Positions 1-13,500 of a stretch of 64,000 bases of DNA are shown one piece after another. The translations under genes and the position numbers were made by a program. Under the pieces are notes generated by a model, which had not been told where the DNA came from, ran no database searches, and saw only the letters and a list, made by a program, of their open reading frames with translations. Each line of letters starts with the position of its first letter. Within the stretch, counting starts at the first letter, position 1. Source of the stretch: Gammaproteobacteria bacterium (GTDB lineage Bacteria; Pseudomonadota; Gammaproteobacteria; CBDBNL01; JAAOII01); contig OZ242292.1 of NCBI GenBank assembly GCA_965207705.1, forward strand, positions 1,247,696-1,311,695, in the 5' to 3' direction.

Positions 1-3000
1 CCGAATCCACGGACTGGGATAAGGACACCTGGTACTTTGGTACAGCCAATGATCTTCCAAAATTATCTTCTGATTTTGTCCCTGATGTTGAACCGCCTCC
101 AGTTAATGTCCCCGCTAGCCCAAGAGGCGTTACTGTAGCGCCGTTGAATTCCACTTCTATAAGAGTATCATGGAATAGCGTGTCGGATGTTAAATTCTAT
201 AGATTGTACGACAACAGAGGGGGAGCAGTTATCAATATTGCCCCTCCCGCCACTAGCTACACCGCCACAGACCTATTACCTAACACTGGATACACCTATC
301 GTGTTGCGGCATGCAATGACTCTGGCTGCTCGGCTTTTACCAGCAGGTCTGCTGCTACCCCCATTCCCATTCCCGCCAGCCCCAGCAGTATTAGCGCTGC
401 AGGGCAGGACTTCACTTCTGTAACTATAACCTGGAGTAAAGTATTGGGAACCAAGCGCTATGAAGTGTATAATGGCGCCGCAAAGGTTGCCACTCTTGAT
501 GAATCTAGAACCACCTACATTATTAATAAAGATCTATTGCCCGCCACTGAATACATCTACAGTGTCAAAGCATGCAATGACGTTGGCTGCTCGGATTCTA
601 CTGAAATAGATTTTTTCACTCCCTCCATAGACATATCAAGCGCTCCACAAGTTACTGTAGTAGATTCAACAATCGGTCAAGCAAATCCTTCCTTAGATAT
701 TTCTTGGAACTATATATCGGGAGTTACCTCCTACCAAATATTTGATGCCGCTGAAAATAAGGTTGCAACAGTTCAATCTCCTACCACCAACCACATAATC
801 GCGGGTCTAACAGCAGGCACCCTGTATGAATATAAAGTCAGGGGCTGCTATACTCCGTCTGTTACTGCCCCCGGCGCTCCTGGAAGCACCGAGATATGCG
901 GCGATTTCTCCGCAGCTGGTTCCGCCACCACCCCCGTTGCCATTCCTGCTACTCCAAGCGGTGTTACTGCTGCAGTGCAGGGCTTAACCTCCATAAGAAT
1001 ATCCTGGGATAGTGTAGTTGGAGCCACATCTTATGAAGTGTATAATGGTGACGTGCAGGTTGCCACTATTGACGACCCCGCAACTAGCTACACTGTTAGC
1101 GGCCTATTGCCCGCCACAGAATACACTTACAGCGTCAAAGCATGCAATTTATCTGGCTGCTCGGATTCTGCCAGTGCCGCCACCACCAGAACCCCCGTTG
1201 CCATTCCTGCTACTCCAAGCGGTGTTACTGCTGCAGTGCAGGGCTTAACCTCCATAATAATATCCTGGAATAGTGTAGATGGAGCCACATCTTATGAAGT
1301 GTATAAGGGCGATGTGAAGGTTGCCACTATTGACGCTCCCACAACTAGACACACCGCCACAGGTCTATTGCCCTCCACTGAATACATCTACAGCGTCAAA
1401 GCATGTAATACATCTGGCTGCTCGGTTGCTGCCAGTGCCGCTACCACCAGAACCCCCGTTGCCATTCCCGACAGCTCCAGCAGCATTAGCACTGGATCTC
1501 TGAACTTAACTGCTAGAAGCATAACTTGGAGAGCAGTATCGGGGGCCACATCTTATGAAGTGTATAAGGGCGACGAGAAGGTAGACGCTATTGACGCTCC
1601 CACAACTAGCTACACCGCCACAGCCCTATTACCCAACACTGAATACACCTACAGTGTCAAGGCATGTAATATATCTGGCTGCTCAGTTTCCACTGAAGTA
1701 ACTTTTACTACCGAACCCATAGGTGTGTCAAGCACCCTAGAAGTTACTGTAGTTACTTCAACAATCGGTCAAGCAAATCCTTCCTTGATGGTATCTTGGG
1801 ACGGAATAACAGGAGTTACCTCCTACCAAATATTTGATGCCGCTGGAAACGCTGATGAAAACAAGGTTGCAACAGTTCCCGCCCCCAAAACCAGCCACAT
1901 AATCGCGGGTCTAACAGCAGGCACCCTATATGAATATAGGGTCAGGGGCTGCTATACCCCATCCGCTCCTGGAAGTTCTGAAGTGTGCGGCGACTTCTCC
2001 GCAGTTGATTCCGCCACCACCCCCGTTGCCATTCCAGCTGTTCCAAGCAATGTTGCTGCCGCAGTGCAGGGCTTAACCTCTATAAGAATATCTTGGGATA
2101 GTGTAGATGGAGCTGAATACTATGAGGTGCATAATGGCAATGTGCTAGTCGCCAACAACACACATCCTAATACTAGCTACACCGCCACAGACCTATTGCC
2201 CGCCACTGAATATACCTACAAAGTCAAAGCATGCAATTTATCTGGCTGCTCGGATTCTGCCAGTGCCGCCACCACCCCCACCCCCGTTGCCATTCCTGCT
2301 GTTCCAAGCAATGTTGCTGCCGCAGTGCAGGGCTTAACCTCCATAAGCATATCCTGGGATAGTGTAGAGGGTGCCACATCTTATGAGGTGCATAATGGCG
2401 ACGAACTAGTAACCACTATAAATAATCCCTCAACTACTAGCTACACTGTTAGTGACCTATCGCCCGCCACAGAATACACCTACAGCGTCAAAGCATGCAA
2501 TTTATCTGGCTGCTCGGATTCTGCCAGTACCGCCACCACCACCCCCGTTGCCATTCCTGACAGCCCCAGCAGCATTAGCGCCGCAGGGCAGGACTTCATT
2601 TCTATAAGCATAACTTGGAGAGCAGTATCGGGCGCCACATCTTATGAAGTGTATAAGGGCGACGTGAAGGTAGACACTATTAACGCTCCCACAACTAGAC
2701 ACACTGCCACAGACCTATTGCCCAACACAGAATATACCTATGGAGTCAAGGCATGTAATACATCTGGCTGCTCGGATTCCACAGAAGTGGATTTTTTCAG
2801 CCCCCCCATAGGCATATCAAGCGCCCCAGAAGTTACTGTAGTTGCTTCAACAATCGGTCAAGCAAATCCTTCCCTGATGCTATCTTGGGGCTACATAAGG
2901 GTAGTTACCTCCTACCAAATATTTGATGCCGCTGGAAACGCGGATGAGAACAAGGTTGCAACAGTTCCCGATTCCAAAACCAGCCACATAATCACCGATC

Positions 3001-4538
3001 TCTCAGCAGGCACTCTATATGAATATAGGGTCAGGGGCTGCTATACCCCATCCGCTCCTGGAAGCACCGAGATATGCGGCGACTTCTCCGCAGTTGGTTC
3101 CGCCACCACCCCCGTTGCCATTCCCGACAGCTCCGGCGGTGTTACAATAGGTTCGCTGGGATTCACCTCTATAAGCATAACTTGGGGAGAAGTATCAGGA
3201 GCCACATCTTATCAAGTACATAATAACGATGAAATAGTAAAAACCATCAAGAATCCTGAAACTACCATCTACACTGCCACAGACCTGTCGCCCAACAAGG
3301 AATACACCTACAGCGTCAAAGCATGCAATACATCTGGCTGCTCGGTTGTTGGCGAAATAACTGCAACTACGAAAGCCATAGGCGTATCAAGCGCTCCACG
3401 AATTACAGCGGTTGCTTCAACAATCGGTCAAGCAACGCCATCCTTGAATGTATCCTGGGACCACATATCGGGAGTCACCTCCTACCAAATATTTGACGCT
3501 GCTGAAAACACTGCTGAGAACAAGGTTGCAACAGTTCCCACTTCCAAAACCAGCCACATAATCGCCGACCTATCAGCAGGCGCCCTGTATACATATAAAG
3601 TCAGGGGCTGCTATACCCCATCCGCTCCTGGAAGCACCGAGATATGCGGCGACTTCTCCCCGGCTGGTTCCACCACCACCCCCGTCGTCATTCCCGACAG
3701 CCCCAGCAGCATTAGCGCCGGATCTCTGAGCTTAACTGCTAGAAGCATAACTTGGAGAGCAGTATCGGGAGCCACATCTTATGAAGTGTATAAGGGCGAC
3801 GAGAAAGTTGCCACTATTAACGCCCTGACAACTAGCTACACCGCCACAGCCCTATTGCCCAACACAGGATATACCTACAGCGTCAAAGCATGTAATCCAT
3901 CTGGCTGCTCGGTTTCAACTGAAGTATCTTTTACTACTGACCCCATAGACGTATCAAGCGCCCCACAAGTTACTGTAGTTACTTCAACAATCGGTCAAGC
4001 AAATCCATCCTTAAATGTATCTTGGGACAGAATATCGGGAGTCACCTCCTACCAAATATTTGATGCTAATGAGAACAAAGTTGCAACAGTTCCCACCCCT
4101 GCCACAAGCCACATAATCACTGACCTATCAGCAGGCACCCTATATGAATATAAAGTCAGGGGCTGCTATACCTCATCCGCTCCTGCCTCACCCCCTGGAA
4201 GCACCGAGATATGTGGCGATTTCTCCGCAGTTGGTTCCGTCACCACTCCTATTGCCATTCCTGCTACTCCAGGCAATGTTGCTGCCGTATCCTTGGGCTT
4301 CACCTCCATAAGAATATCTTGGGATAGTGTGGAAGGTGCTGAGTACTATGAGGTGCGTAATAGCGAAGGAGGGTTAGTAGCCAATACCACTCAACCTAAT
4401 ACTAGCTACACCGCCACAGACCTATTACCCGCCACCGAATACACCTACAATGTCAAAGCATGCAATACATCTGGCTGCTCGTCTACTGACAGCGCCACCA
4501 CTATTACTAATGGCAATAAAGTAGGAGGCACTACAAGC
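1..4538 (+). repeat. Tandem array of 16 FN3-like domains (two alternating subtypes) inside the giant CDS
   Basis: The ~87-100-aa units repeat at the DNA level. For example, 930-996 is identical to 1191-1257 (67 nt, period 261 nt). Subtype a ends in KACN.SGCS; subtype b (SSAPQVTVV.STIGQANPSL..VTSYQIFD..YEY.VRGCYTPSAPGSTEICGDFS) also carries a Cys pair. Confidence 0.8.
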
Positions 4539-7500
4539 ATCAGCAGCGCTGCAGAACTTGCAGCTATCCGCGCTAACAGCAACACTTTATCTGGCGATTA
4601 TAATCTAACAGGGAATATAGATCTATCAGACATATCCAATTGGCAACCAATTGGTGACGAAGATAACAAGTTTACTGGCAGTTTTGATGGCAATGGTTAC
4701 AATATAAGCGGGGTAAGCAGCTCGGGCTATCAGTTTGCTGGTCTGTTTGGTTATGTAGAAAACGCCAACATAAGCAATGTTGGGGTTTTGGTTGGTAATA
4801 TATCATCATCATTATCAAGTTCTTATTTAGGAGGTCTGGTTGGCAGGGTTGCTAATAGCCCGATAAGTAATTCTTATGCGGTAGTTGGGGGCAGTATATC
4901 ATCACCATCTTTTTATACAGGAGGTCTGGTTGGCGATGCTTATAATAGCCCGATAAGCAATTCTTATGCGGTTGTTGAAGGCAGTATATCATTATCATCA
5001 TCTTTTTATACAGGCGGTCTGGTTGGCAGTGCTGATAATAGCCCGATAAGTGATTCTTATGCAGTAGTTGAAGGCAATATATCATCATCAGCATATTCCG
5101 AGTCTTACTTAGGGGGGTTGGCTGGCTATGCTGATAATAGCCCGATAAGCAATTCTTATGCAGAAATTGGAGGCAGTATATCATCATCATCATTATATTC
5201 TTCTTCATTTACAGGAGGTCTAGTTGGCAGGGCTGAGAATAACAACCCGATTAGTAATTCTTATGCGGTGGTTGGAGGCAGTATATCATCATCAGCACCT
5301 GAATTTGCTTCTTATTCAGGAGGTCTAGTTGGCAGGGCTGAGAATAACAACCCGATCAGCAATTCTTATGCATTAGTTGGAGGCAGTATATTATCATCAG
5401 CGCTTTCTTATTCTGCTTCTTATTCAGGAGGTCTGGTTGGCTGGACTAAAAATAGCCCGATAAGCAATTCTTATGCAGTAGTTGAAGGCAGTATATCATC
5501 TGAGGATTATTCAGGCGGTCTGGTTGGCAATGCTCTTAATAGCCCGACAAATAATTCTTATGCTGTAGTTGAAGGCAATATATCATCATTTGCTTCTGAT
5601 TCTTATTCTTATTCAGGAGGCCTGATTGGCAAGGCTTCTAGCAGCCCGATAAGCAATTCTTATGTAGTAGTTATAGGCAGTATATCATCATCATCATCAT
5701 TATTTTCTTATGCAGGAGGTCTGGTTGGCAGTGCTGATAATAAGAGCCCGATAAGCTATTCTTATCACAGCACCAGCCGTAAACCTTCGGAAGGGGGATT
5801 TAGTAACTATTACAGTGCTCCCCGAACACCTGCTCAATTGCGTCGCTTAACTGCTGCGGCTACTACTTGGGATGGAGTCGTCTGGGATTTTGGCACTGAT
5901 GCAAACCTGCCGACATTACGCTCTTTGCCTTCTCCTTTTGCCTCTCGTTCTCCCGCAAGTCCCGGAGATGTTACTGCCACAGCGTCGGGTCTAAGTGCTA
6001 TAAGCATATCTTGGGGTAGTGTAGTTGGAGCCACATCTTATGAAGTGTATAATAGCAGCGCTCTAGTCACCGCTGTCTCTCACCTGGCAACTAGCTACGC
6101 CGCCACAGACCTATTGCCAGCCACTAAGTACACCTATCGCGTCAGAGCATGTAATGTATTTGGCTGCTCGGATTTTGCCAGTGCTTCCGCTACTACTGAT
6201 TCCACCGTAGGCACATCAAGCGCCCCACAAGTTACTTTAGTTGCTTCAACAATCGGGCGAGCAAATCCTTCCTTGATGCTATCTTGGGACAGCATAGCCG
6301 GAGTTACCTCCTACCAAATAGTTAATCGGGCTGGGGAAGAGGTCGCAACAGTTCCCGCCCTATCTACCGAATATATAGTTGTGGGCTTAGCAGCAGGCAC
6401 CCTATATGAATATCAGGTTAGGGGCTGCTATGACTCAGGCGTCTCTGCCTCTCCCCCTGAAAGCTCCGAGATATGTGGTGAGCTATCGGAAGTTGGTTCG
6501 GCAACCACGTCCAGATTCATTCCTTCTGCCCCAAGTGGTGTTACTGCCACAGCGTTGGGTATAACTTCGCTAAGCATATCTTGGAATAGTGTAGAGGGAG
6601 CGTTGACTTATCAAGTGCATAATAGCGGCGGGTTAGTTGCCACTATTGACGCCCCCACAACTAGCTATACTACCAGGGATCTGTTACCCAACACGGAATA
6701 CACCTACAGCGTCAAAGCATGTGATGGCTCTAGCTGCTCGGCTTCTGTTAGCGCTTCTGCCACCACTGAGAATGGAATCACTATCAGCAGCGCTGCTGAA
6801 CTTGCAGCTATCCGCACTGACAGCACTTCTTTAGCTGGCGACTACGCTCTAACAGGGAATATAGATCTATCTCACATACCCAATTGGCAGCCGATCGGCA
6901 ACTTCACTAACAAGTTTACTGGCAGTTTTAATGGCAATGGTTACAACATAAGCAGAGTAAGTAGCTCGGGTTATGTGTTTGCTGGTCTGTTTGGTTATGT
7001 GTCAAGCGCCAGCATAAGCAATGTTGGGGTTTTGATTGGCAGTATATCATCAACATCACCATCTGGTTATTCTATTTCAGGGGGTCTGGTTGGCAGAGCT
7101 GATTATAGCCCGATAAGCAATTCTTATGTAGTAGTTGAAGGCAGCATATCATCATCCTCATCATCATATTCTATTTCAGGGGGTCTGGTTGGCTATCCTG
7201 TGGATAGCCCGATAATCAATTCTTATGCGGTAGTTGGAGGGAGCATATCATCATCCTCATCATCAGATAATTCTTATTCAGGAGGTCTGGTTGGCTATGC
7301 AGATCGTAATAGCCCGACAAATAATTCTTATGCGGTAGTTGGAGGGATCATATCATCATCATCATCATCAAGATCTTCTCATTCAGGCGGTCTGGTTGGC
7401 TATGCTTCTAATAGCCCGATAAGCAATTCTTATGCAGTAGTTGGAGGCAGTATATCATCATCATCATTTTCTTCATCACATTCAGGCGGTCTGGTTGGCA

Positions 7501-10500
7501 GGGCTGATAATAACAGCCCGATAAGCAAATCTTATTACAGCGCCAGCCGTAAACCTTCGGAAGGGGGATTTACTAACACTCTCGGCACTTCCCAAAAACT
7601 TGCTGAATTGCGCGCCTTAACTGCTGAGGTTACCACTTGGGATGAAAACATCTGGGATTTTGGCACCGCTGCGAACCTGCCGATACTGCGCTCTTTGACT
7701 TCTCCTGCTGTTACCGCTATCCCTGGAGATGTTACTGCCACAGCATTGAGCTTAAGCTCTATAAGCATGTCTTGGAGTAGTGTAGTTGGAGCCACATCTT
7801 ATGAGGTATATAATAGTGAAGGGCTAGTCGGCTCTACCTCTCACCCCACAACTAACTACGCCGCCACAAACCTATTGCCCGACACCCAGTACACCTACCG
7901 CGTCAGAGCATGTAATTTATTTAGCTGCTCGGATTTTGCCAGTGATGTATCCGCTACTACTGATTCCACAATAGGCACATCAAGCGCCCCACAAGTTACT
8001 TTAGTTGCTTCAACAATTGGGCGAATTATGCCTTCCTTAAAGGTATCTTGGGACAGCATCGCGGGAGTTACCTCCTACCAAATAGTTAATCGGGCTGGGG
8101 AAGAGGTTGCAACAGTTTCCACCCCATCTACCGAATATGTAGTTGCGGGCTTAGCAGCAGGCGCCCTGTATGAATATCAGGTTAGGGGCTGCTATGACTC
8201 AGGCGTCTCTGCCTCCCCCCCTGAAAGCTCCGAGATATGTGGTGAGTTATCCCCAGTTGGTTCAGCAACCACGTCCAGATTCATTCCTGCCCCAAGTGGT
8301 GTTACTGCCACAGCTTTGGGTATAACTTCGCTAAGCATATCTTGGAATAGTGTAGAGGGAGCCACATCTTATCAAGTACATAATAGCGGCGGGTTAGTTG
8401 CCACTATTGAAGCCCCCACAACTAGCTATACTACCAGGGATCTGTTGCCTAACAAGAGATATACCTACAGCGTCAAAGCATGCAATGTCTCTGGCTGCTC
8501 TGCTTCTGTTAGCGCTTCCGCTACCACTGAGGATGGAATGACTATCAGCAGCGCCGCTGAGCTTGAGGCTATCCGCGCTAGTAGCAACGCCTTAGCTGGC
8601 AACTATGCTCTAACAGGGAATATAGACCTATCTCACATATCCAATTGGCAGCCGATTGGTGATTTCACCAACAAATTTACTGGAAGTTTTGATGGCAATG
8701 GTTACAGAATAAGCGGGATAAACAGTGCGGATTATGAAGTTGCCGGCCTATTTGGTTATATTGAAGATGCCAACATAAGCAATGTCGGGGTTTTGGTTGG
8801 TAATATATCATCATCATCTTCTTCTGATTCATATTCAGGCGGTCTGGTTGGCTTTGCTTCTGGTAGCCCGATTAGTAATTCTTATGCATTAGTTGAAGGC
8901 AGTATATCATCATCATCATCATCTTCTTCTTCTGATTCATATTCAGGCGGTCTGGTTGGCTATGCTTCTTCAAGCCCGATAAGCAATTCTTATGCGGTGG
9001 TTAAGGGCGATATATCATCATCAGCATTTGATTCTTATTCAGGAGGTCTGGTTGGCTATGCTTCTTCAAGCCCGATAAGCAATTCTTATGCGGTAGTTGA
9101 AGGCAGTATATCCTCCTCATCAGCATTTGATTCTTATTCAGGCGGTCTGGTTGGCAGAGCTGATGCTAATAGCCCGATAAGGAATTCTTATGTGGTTGTT
9201 GAAGGCAGCATATCATCATCAACAAGATCGTATTCTTCTTCTTATTCAGGCGGTCTGGTTGGCTCGGCTGTGAGTAGCCCGATAAGCAATTCTTATGCAG
9301 AAGTTGGAGGCAGTATATCATCATTAGATGATTCTCCTTTTTTTGTTGTTTCTTATTCAGGCGGTCTGGTTGGCTCGGCTGTGAGTAGCCCGATAAGCAA
9401 TTCTTATGCGGTTGTTGGAGGGAGTATATCATCATTCTCATTAGCACATGATTCTTATTCAGGAGGTCTGGTTGGCATTGCTGATAATAGCCCGATAAGT
9501 AATTCTTATGCGGTGGTTAAGGGCGATATATCATCATTATCAGGGGGATCATCATCTTCTAATTCAGGCGGTCTGGTTGGCGGTGCTGGTAATGATAGTG
9601 ATATCAGCAATTCTTATTACAGCGCCCGCCGTAAATCTTCGGAAGGGGCATTTGGCAACACTAATGGCACTTCCCAAAAACTTGCTGAATTGCGTGCCTT
9701 AACTGCTGATGCTACTGGCTGGGATGCAGGCATCTGGGATTTTGGTACTGCTGCGAATTTGCCGACATTACGCTCTTTGACTTCTCTCGCGAATCTTGGA
9801 GATGTTACTGCCACAGCGTTGAGTTTAAGCTCTATAAGCATGTCTTGGAGTAATGTGGTTGGAGCCACATCTTATGAGGTATATAATAGTGATGGGCTAG
9901 TCACCACTATTGACGCCCCCGCAACTAGCTACACCGCCACAGGTCTGTTGCCCGAGATGGAATATACCTACCGGGTCAGAGCATGTAATTTATTTGGCTG
10001 TTCGGCTTTTGCCAGTGCCTCCGCTATGACTATGGTTGCAAGCATTAGCAGTGCCGCAGATCTTGCAGCTATCCACACTAACAGCAACACTTTAGCTGGC
10101 GACTATGCCCTAACAGGGAATATAGATCTATCTGACATATCCAATTGGCAGCCGATTGGGGACGGAACTAATGCGTTTACTGGCAGTTTTAATGGCAATG
10201 GTTACAACATAAGCGGGGTAAGCAGCTCGGGCTATCAGTACACTGGTCTGTTTGGTTACGTGGAAAACGCCAGCATAAGCAATGTTGGGGTTGTGGTTGG
10301 CAGTCTATCATCCTCATCATCAGGTAATTCTTATTCAGGCGGTCTGGTTGGCTCTGCTTATAATAGTCCGATAAGCAATTCTTATGCGGTGGTTGAAGGA
10401 AGTATATCATCATCATCATCATCATCATCAAGAGTTTCATATTTATATTCAGGTGGTCTGGTTGGCTCTGCTTATAATAGCCCGATAAGCAAATCTTATG

Positions 10501-13500
10501 CATTAGTTGGAGGGAGCATATCCTCATCATACTCATTCTCATTCTCATTCTCATTCTCACCTAACACTTATTCAGGCGGTCTGGTTGGCGGTGCTTATTA
10601 TAGCCCGATAAGCAATTCTTATGCGGTGGTTGGCAGTATATCATCAACATCTTTGGATCTTTCTTCTTCTTCTTCTTCATATTCAGGTGGTCTGGTTGGT
10701 CATGCTGATAATCAAAACCCGATAAGTAATTCTTATGCAGTAGTTGAAGGCAGTATATCATCATTATTATACTCATCCTCATCCTCACCTAACACTTATT
10801 CAGGCGGTCTGGTTGGTAGAGTTGATGGTAGCTCGGTAACCAATTCTTATTACAACGCCAGCCGTGAATCTTCGGAAGGGGGATTTGATAACTCTCATGG
10901 TACTTCCCAAACAGTTGCTCAACTGCGCGCCTTAACTGCTGATGCTACTGGCTGGGATGAAGGCATCTGGGATTTTGGCACTGCTGCGAACCTACCGATA
11001 TTGCGCTCCTTGCCTTCCCCTGCTGTTACCACTATTCCTGGAGATTTTACTGCCACAGCTTTGGGTCCAACCTCTATAAGTATATCTTGGGATAGTGTAG
11101 TTGGAGCTACATCTTATGAAGTATATAATAGCGAAGGTCTAGTTGTCTCTACATCCCACTCCACAACTAACTACGCCGCTACAAACCTATTGCCCGACAC
11201 CCAGTATACCTACCGCGTCAGAGCATGTAATTTATTTGGCTGCTCGGCTTTTGTTAGCGCGTCCACCATTACTCGGGCTACAAGCGTTAGCAGTGCCGCA
11301 GAGCTTGCGACTATCCGCACTAATAGCGCTACTTTATCTGGCTACTATGCTCTAACGGGGAATATAGACCTATCTCACATACCCAATTGGCAGCCGATTG
11401 GCAACGAAACTAACCGGTTTACTGGCAATTTTAATGGCAATGGTTACAACATAAGCGGAGTAAGCAGCTCGGGCTATCAGTATGCTGGTCTGTTTGGTTG
11501 GGTAGAAAACGCCGACATAAGCAATGTTGGGGTTTTGGTTGGTAATATATCAACATCATCATATCGTTCTACTTATTCAGGAGGTCTGGTTGGCTATGCT
11601 AGCCGTAGCTCGATAAGCAATTCTTATGCGGTGGTTGAAGGTGGTATATCATCATTTCGTTCTTCTTTTTCATATTCAGGCGGTCTGGTTGGCATTGCTT
11701 ATAATAGCCCGATAAGTAATTCTTATGTGGTGGTTGGAGGGAGTATATCATCATCATCATCCTCATTATCATCTTTGTCTTATTCAGGCGGTCTGGTTGG
11801 ATTTACTTGGGGTAACCAGATAAATAATTCTTATGCGGTAGTTGAAGGCGGTATATCCTCCTCATCATCATCAGGATCTTCATATTCAGGGGGTCTGGTT
11901 GGATTTGCTCAGGGTAACCCGATAAGTAATTCTTATGCGGTGGTTGAAGGCGGTATATCCTCCTCATCAGCATTTGATTCTGATTCAGGAGGTCTGGTTG
12001 GCGGGGCAGATGATTATAGCCCGATAAGTAATTCTTATTACAGCACTAGCCACCAATCTTCGGAAGGGACATTTACCAACACTCTCGGCACATCCCAAAC
12101 ACTTGCTGAACTGCGTCGCTTAACTGCTGATGCTACTGGCTGGGATGAAGTCGTCTGGGATTTTGGTACTAATAATGACCTGCCGACATTGCGTTCATCA
12201 CATTCTGCTGGTATTGTCCCACCTTCCGATCCCGATCCCGACCCTGATCCCGATAGCAATAACGGTGTAGGGAAAGAAACAAATAGAGACACAGATGGAG
12301 ATGGGACACCAGATCACGTGGATACGGATGATGATGATGACAACTATTCCGATGCTCTGGACGTGGATGATGATGGCGATGGCTTGATAGAGATTGCCAC
12401 TGCGGAGCAACTTAACCAAGTGCGTCATAATCTGTTGGGTAGCAGCTTGAAGGCAAGCGCAGGAGATGCAGGCGCCGACACGGGGTGCGGTGGTCTAAAC
12501 GGCATCACCGAATGTAACGGCTATGAGCTTGTTGCTGATATATCCCTTGCTGGCTATAATAGCAATAATTGGCTGCCAATCGGTAGCTGCCCTACATTCA
12601 CTGAAGCCAATGTTTGCACTGATGTAAGCGCATTATTCAATACGGTTTTTGACGGCAATGGTTATACCATCAGCAACCTTACTATAACAAACTCTATTGA
12701 ATCTTATACTAATGCCACAGGTTTGTTTGGGGCAATCAGTCCCGCATCACAGTTGCGCAATATTCACATCCGTTCCGCCAACCTTATCGGTGGAGCCAAT
12801 AATGTGGGCGTGTTGGTTGGTTATGCGGCGAGAGCAAGTATTATAGATAGTTCCGCAGTAGGAGAGATTACTGCCTATGGCGCTAATGTCGGCGGTCTGG
12901 TTGGTTATGGGTGGAACACCACAATCATCTCGTCTTATGCGGCGGGTGGCAATATCGTAGGTGTTTCGGGTGTTGGCGGTCTGATAGGTTCAGGAGAGCG
13001 CGCCACGATAAGTTCGTCTTATGCGGCGGGTGGCGATGTAGGCGGTGTTTTGTATATTGGCGGTCTGGTAGGTTCAGGGAATAGTGTAACGATAAGTTTG
13101 TCTTATGCGGCGGGCGGTCATGTGGTCGCGGGTTTTGCTGGCGGCGGTGGTCTGGTAGGTTCAGGAGAGAATGCCAGGGTTATCTCGTCTTATGCGGCGG
13201 GCGGTAATGTGAGTGGGTTTGCGGATATCGGCGGTCTGATAGGTTCAGGGGAGAATGCCACGATCACCTCATCTTATGCAGCGGGTGGTGCAGTTCTCAC
13301 GGCTTTTGGTGTTGGCGATGGTCTGGTAGGTTCGGAGGGTGTAACCGCCACCGACTCCTATTGGGACAGCGACACTACTGGCGTAGCGGCAGGCATTTAT
13401 GGCTTGCCCCAAACTACCAGAGAATTGCAATCACCAACCAGCGCTACTGGTATTTATGCAAATTGGGATGATGAGTGTGATGATGGCGGTGATGCCTGGG

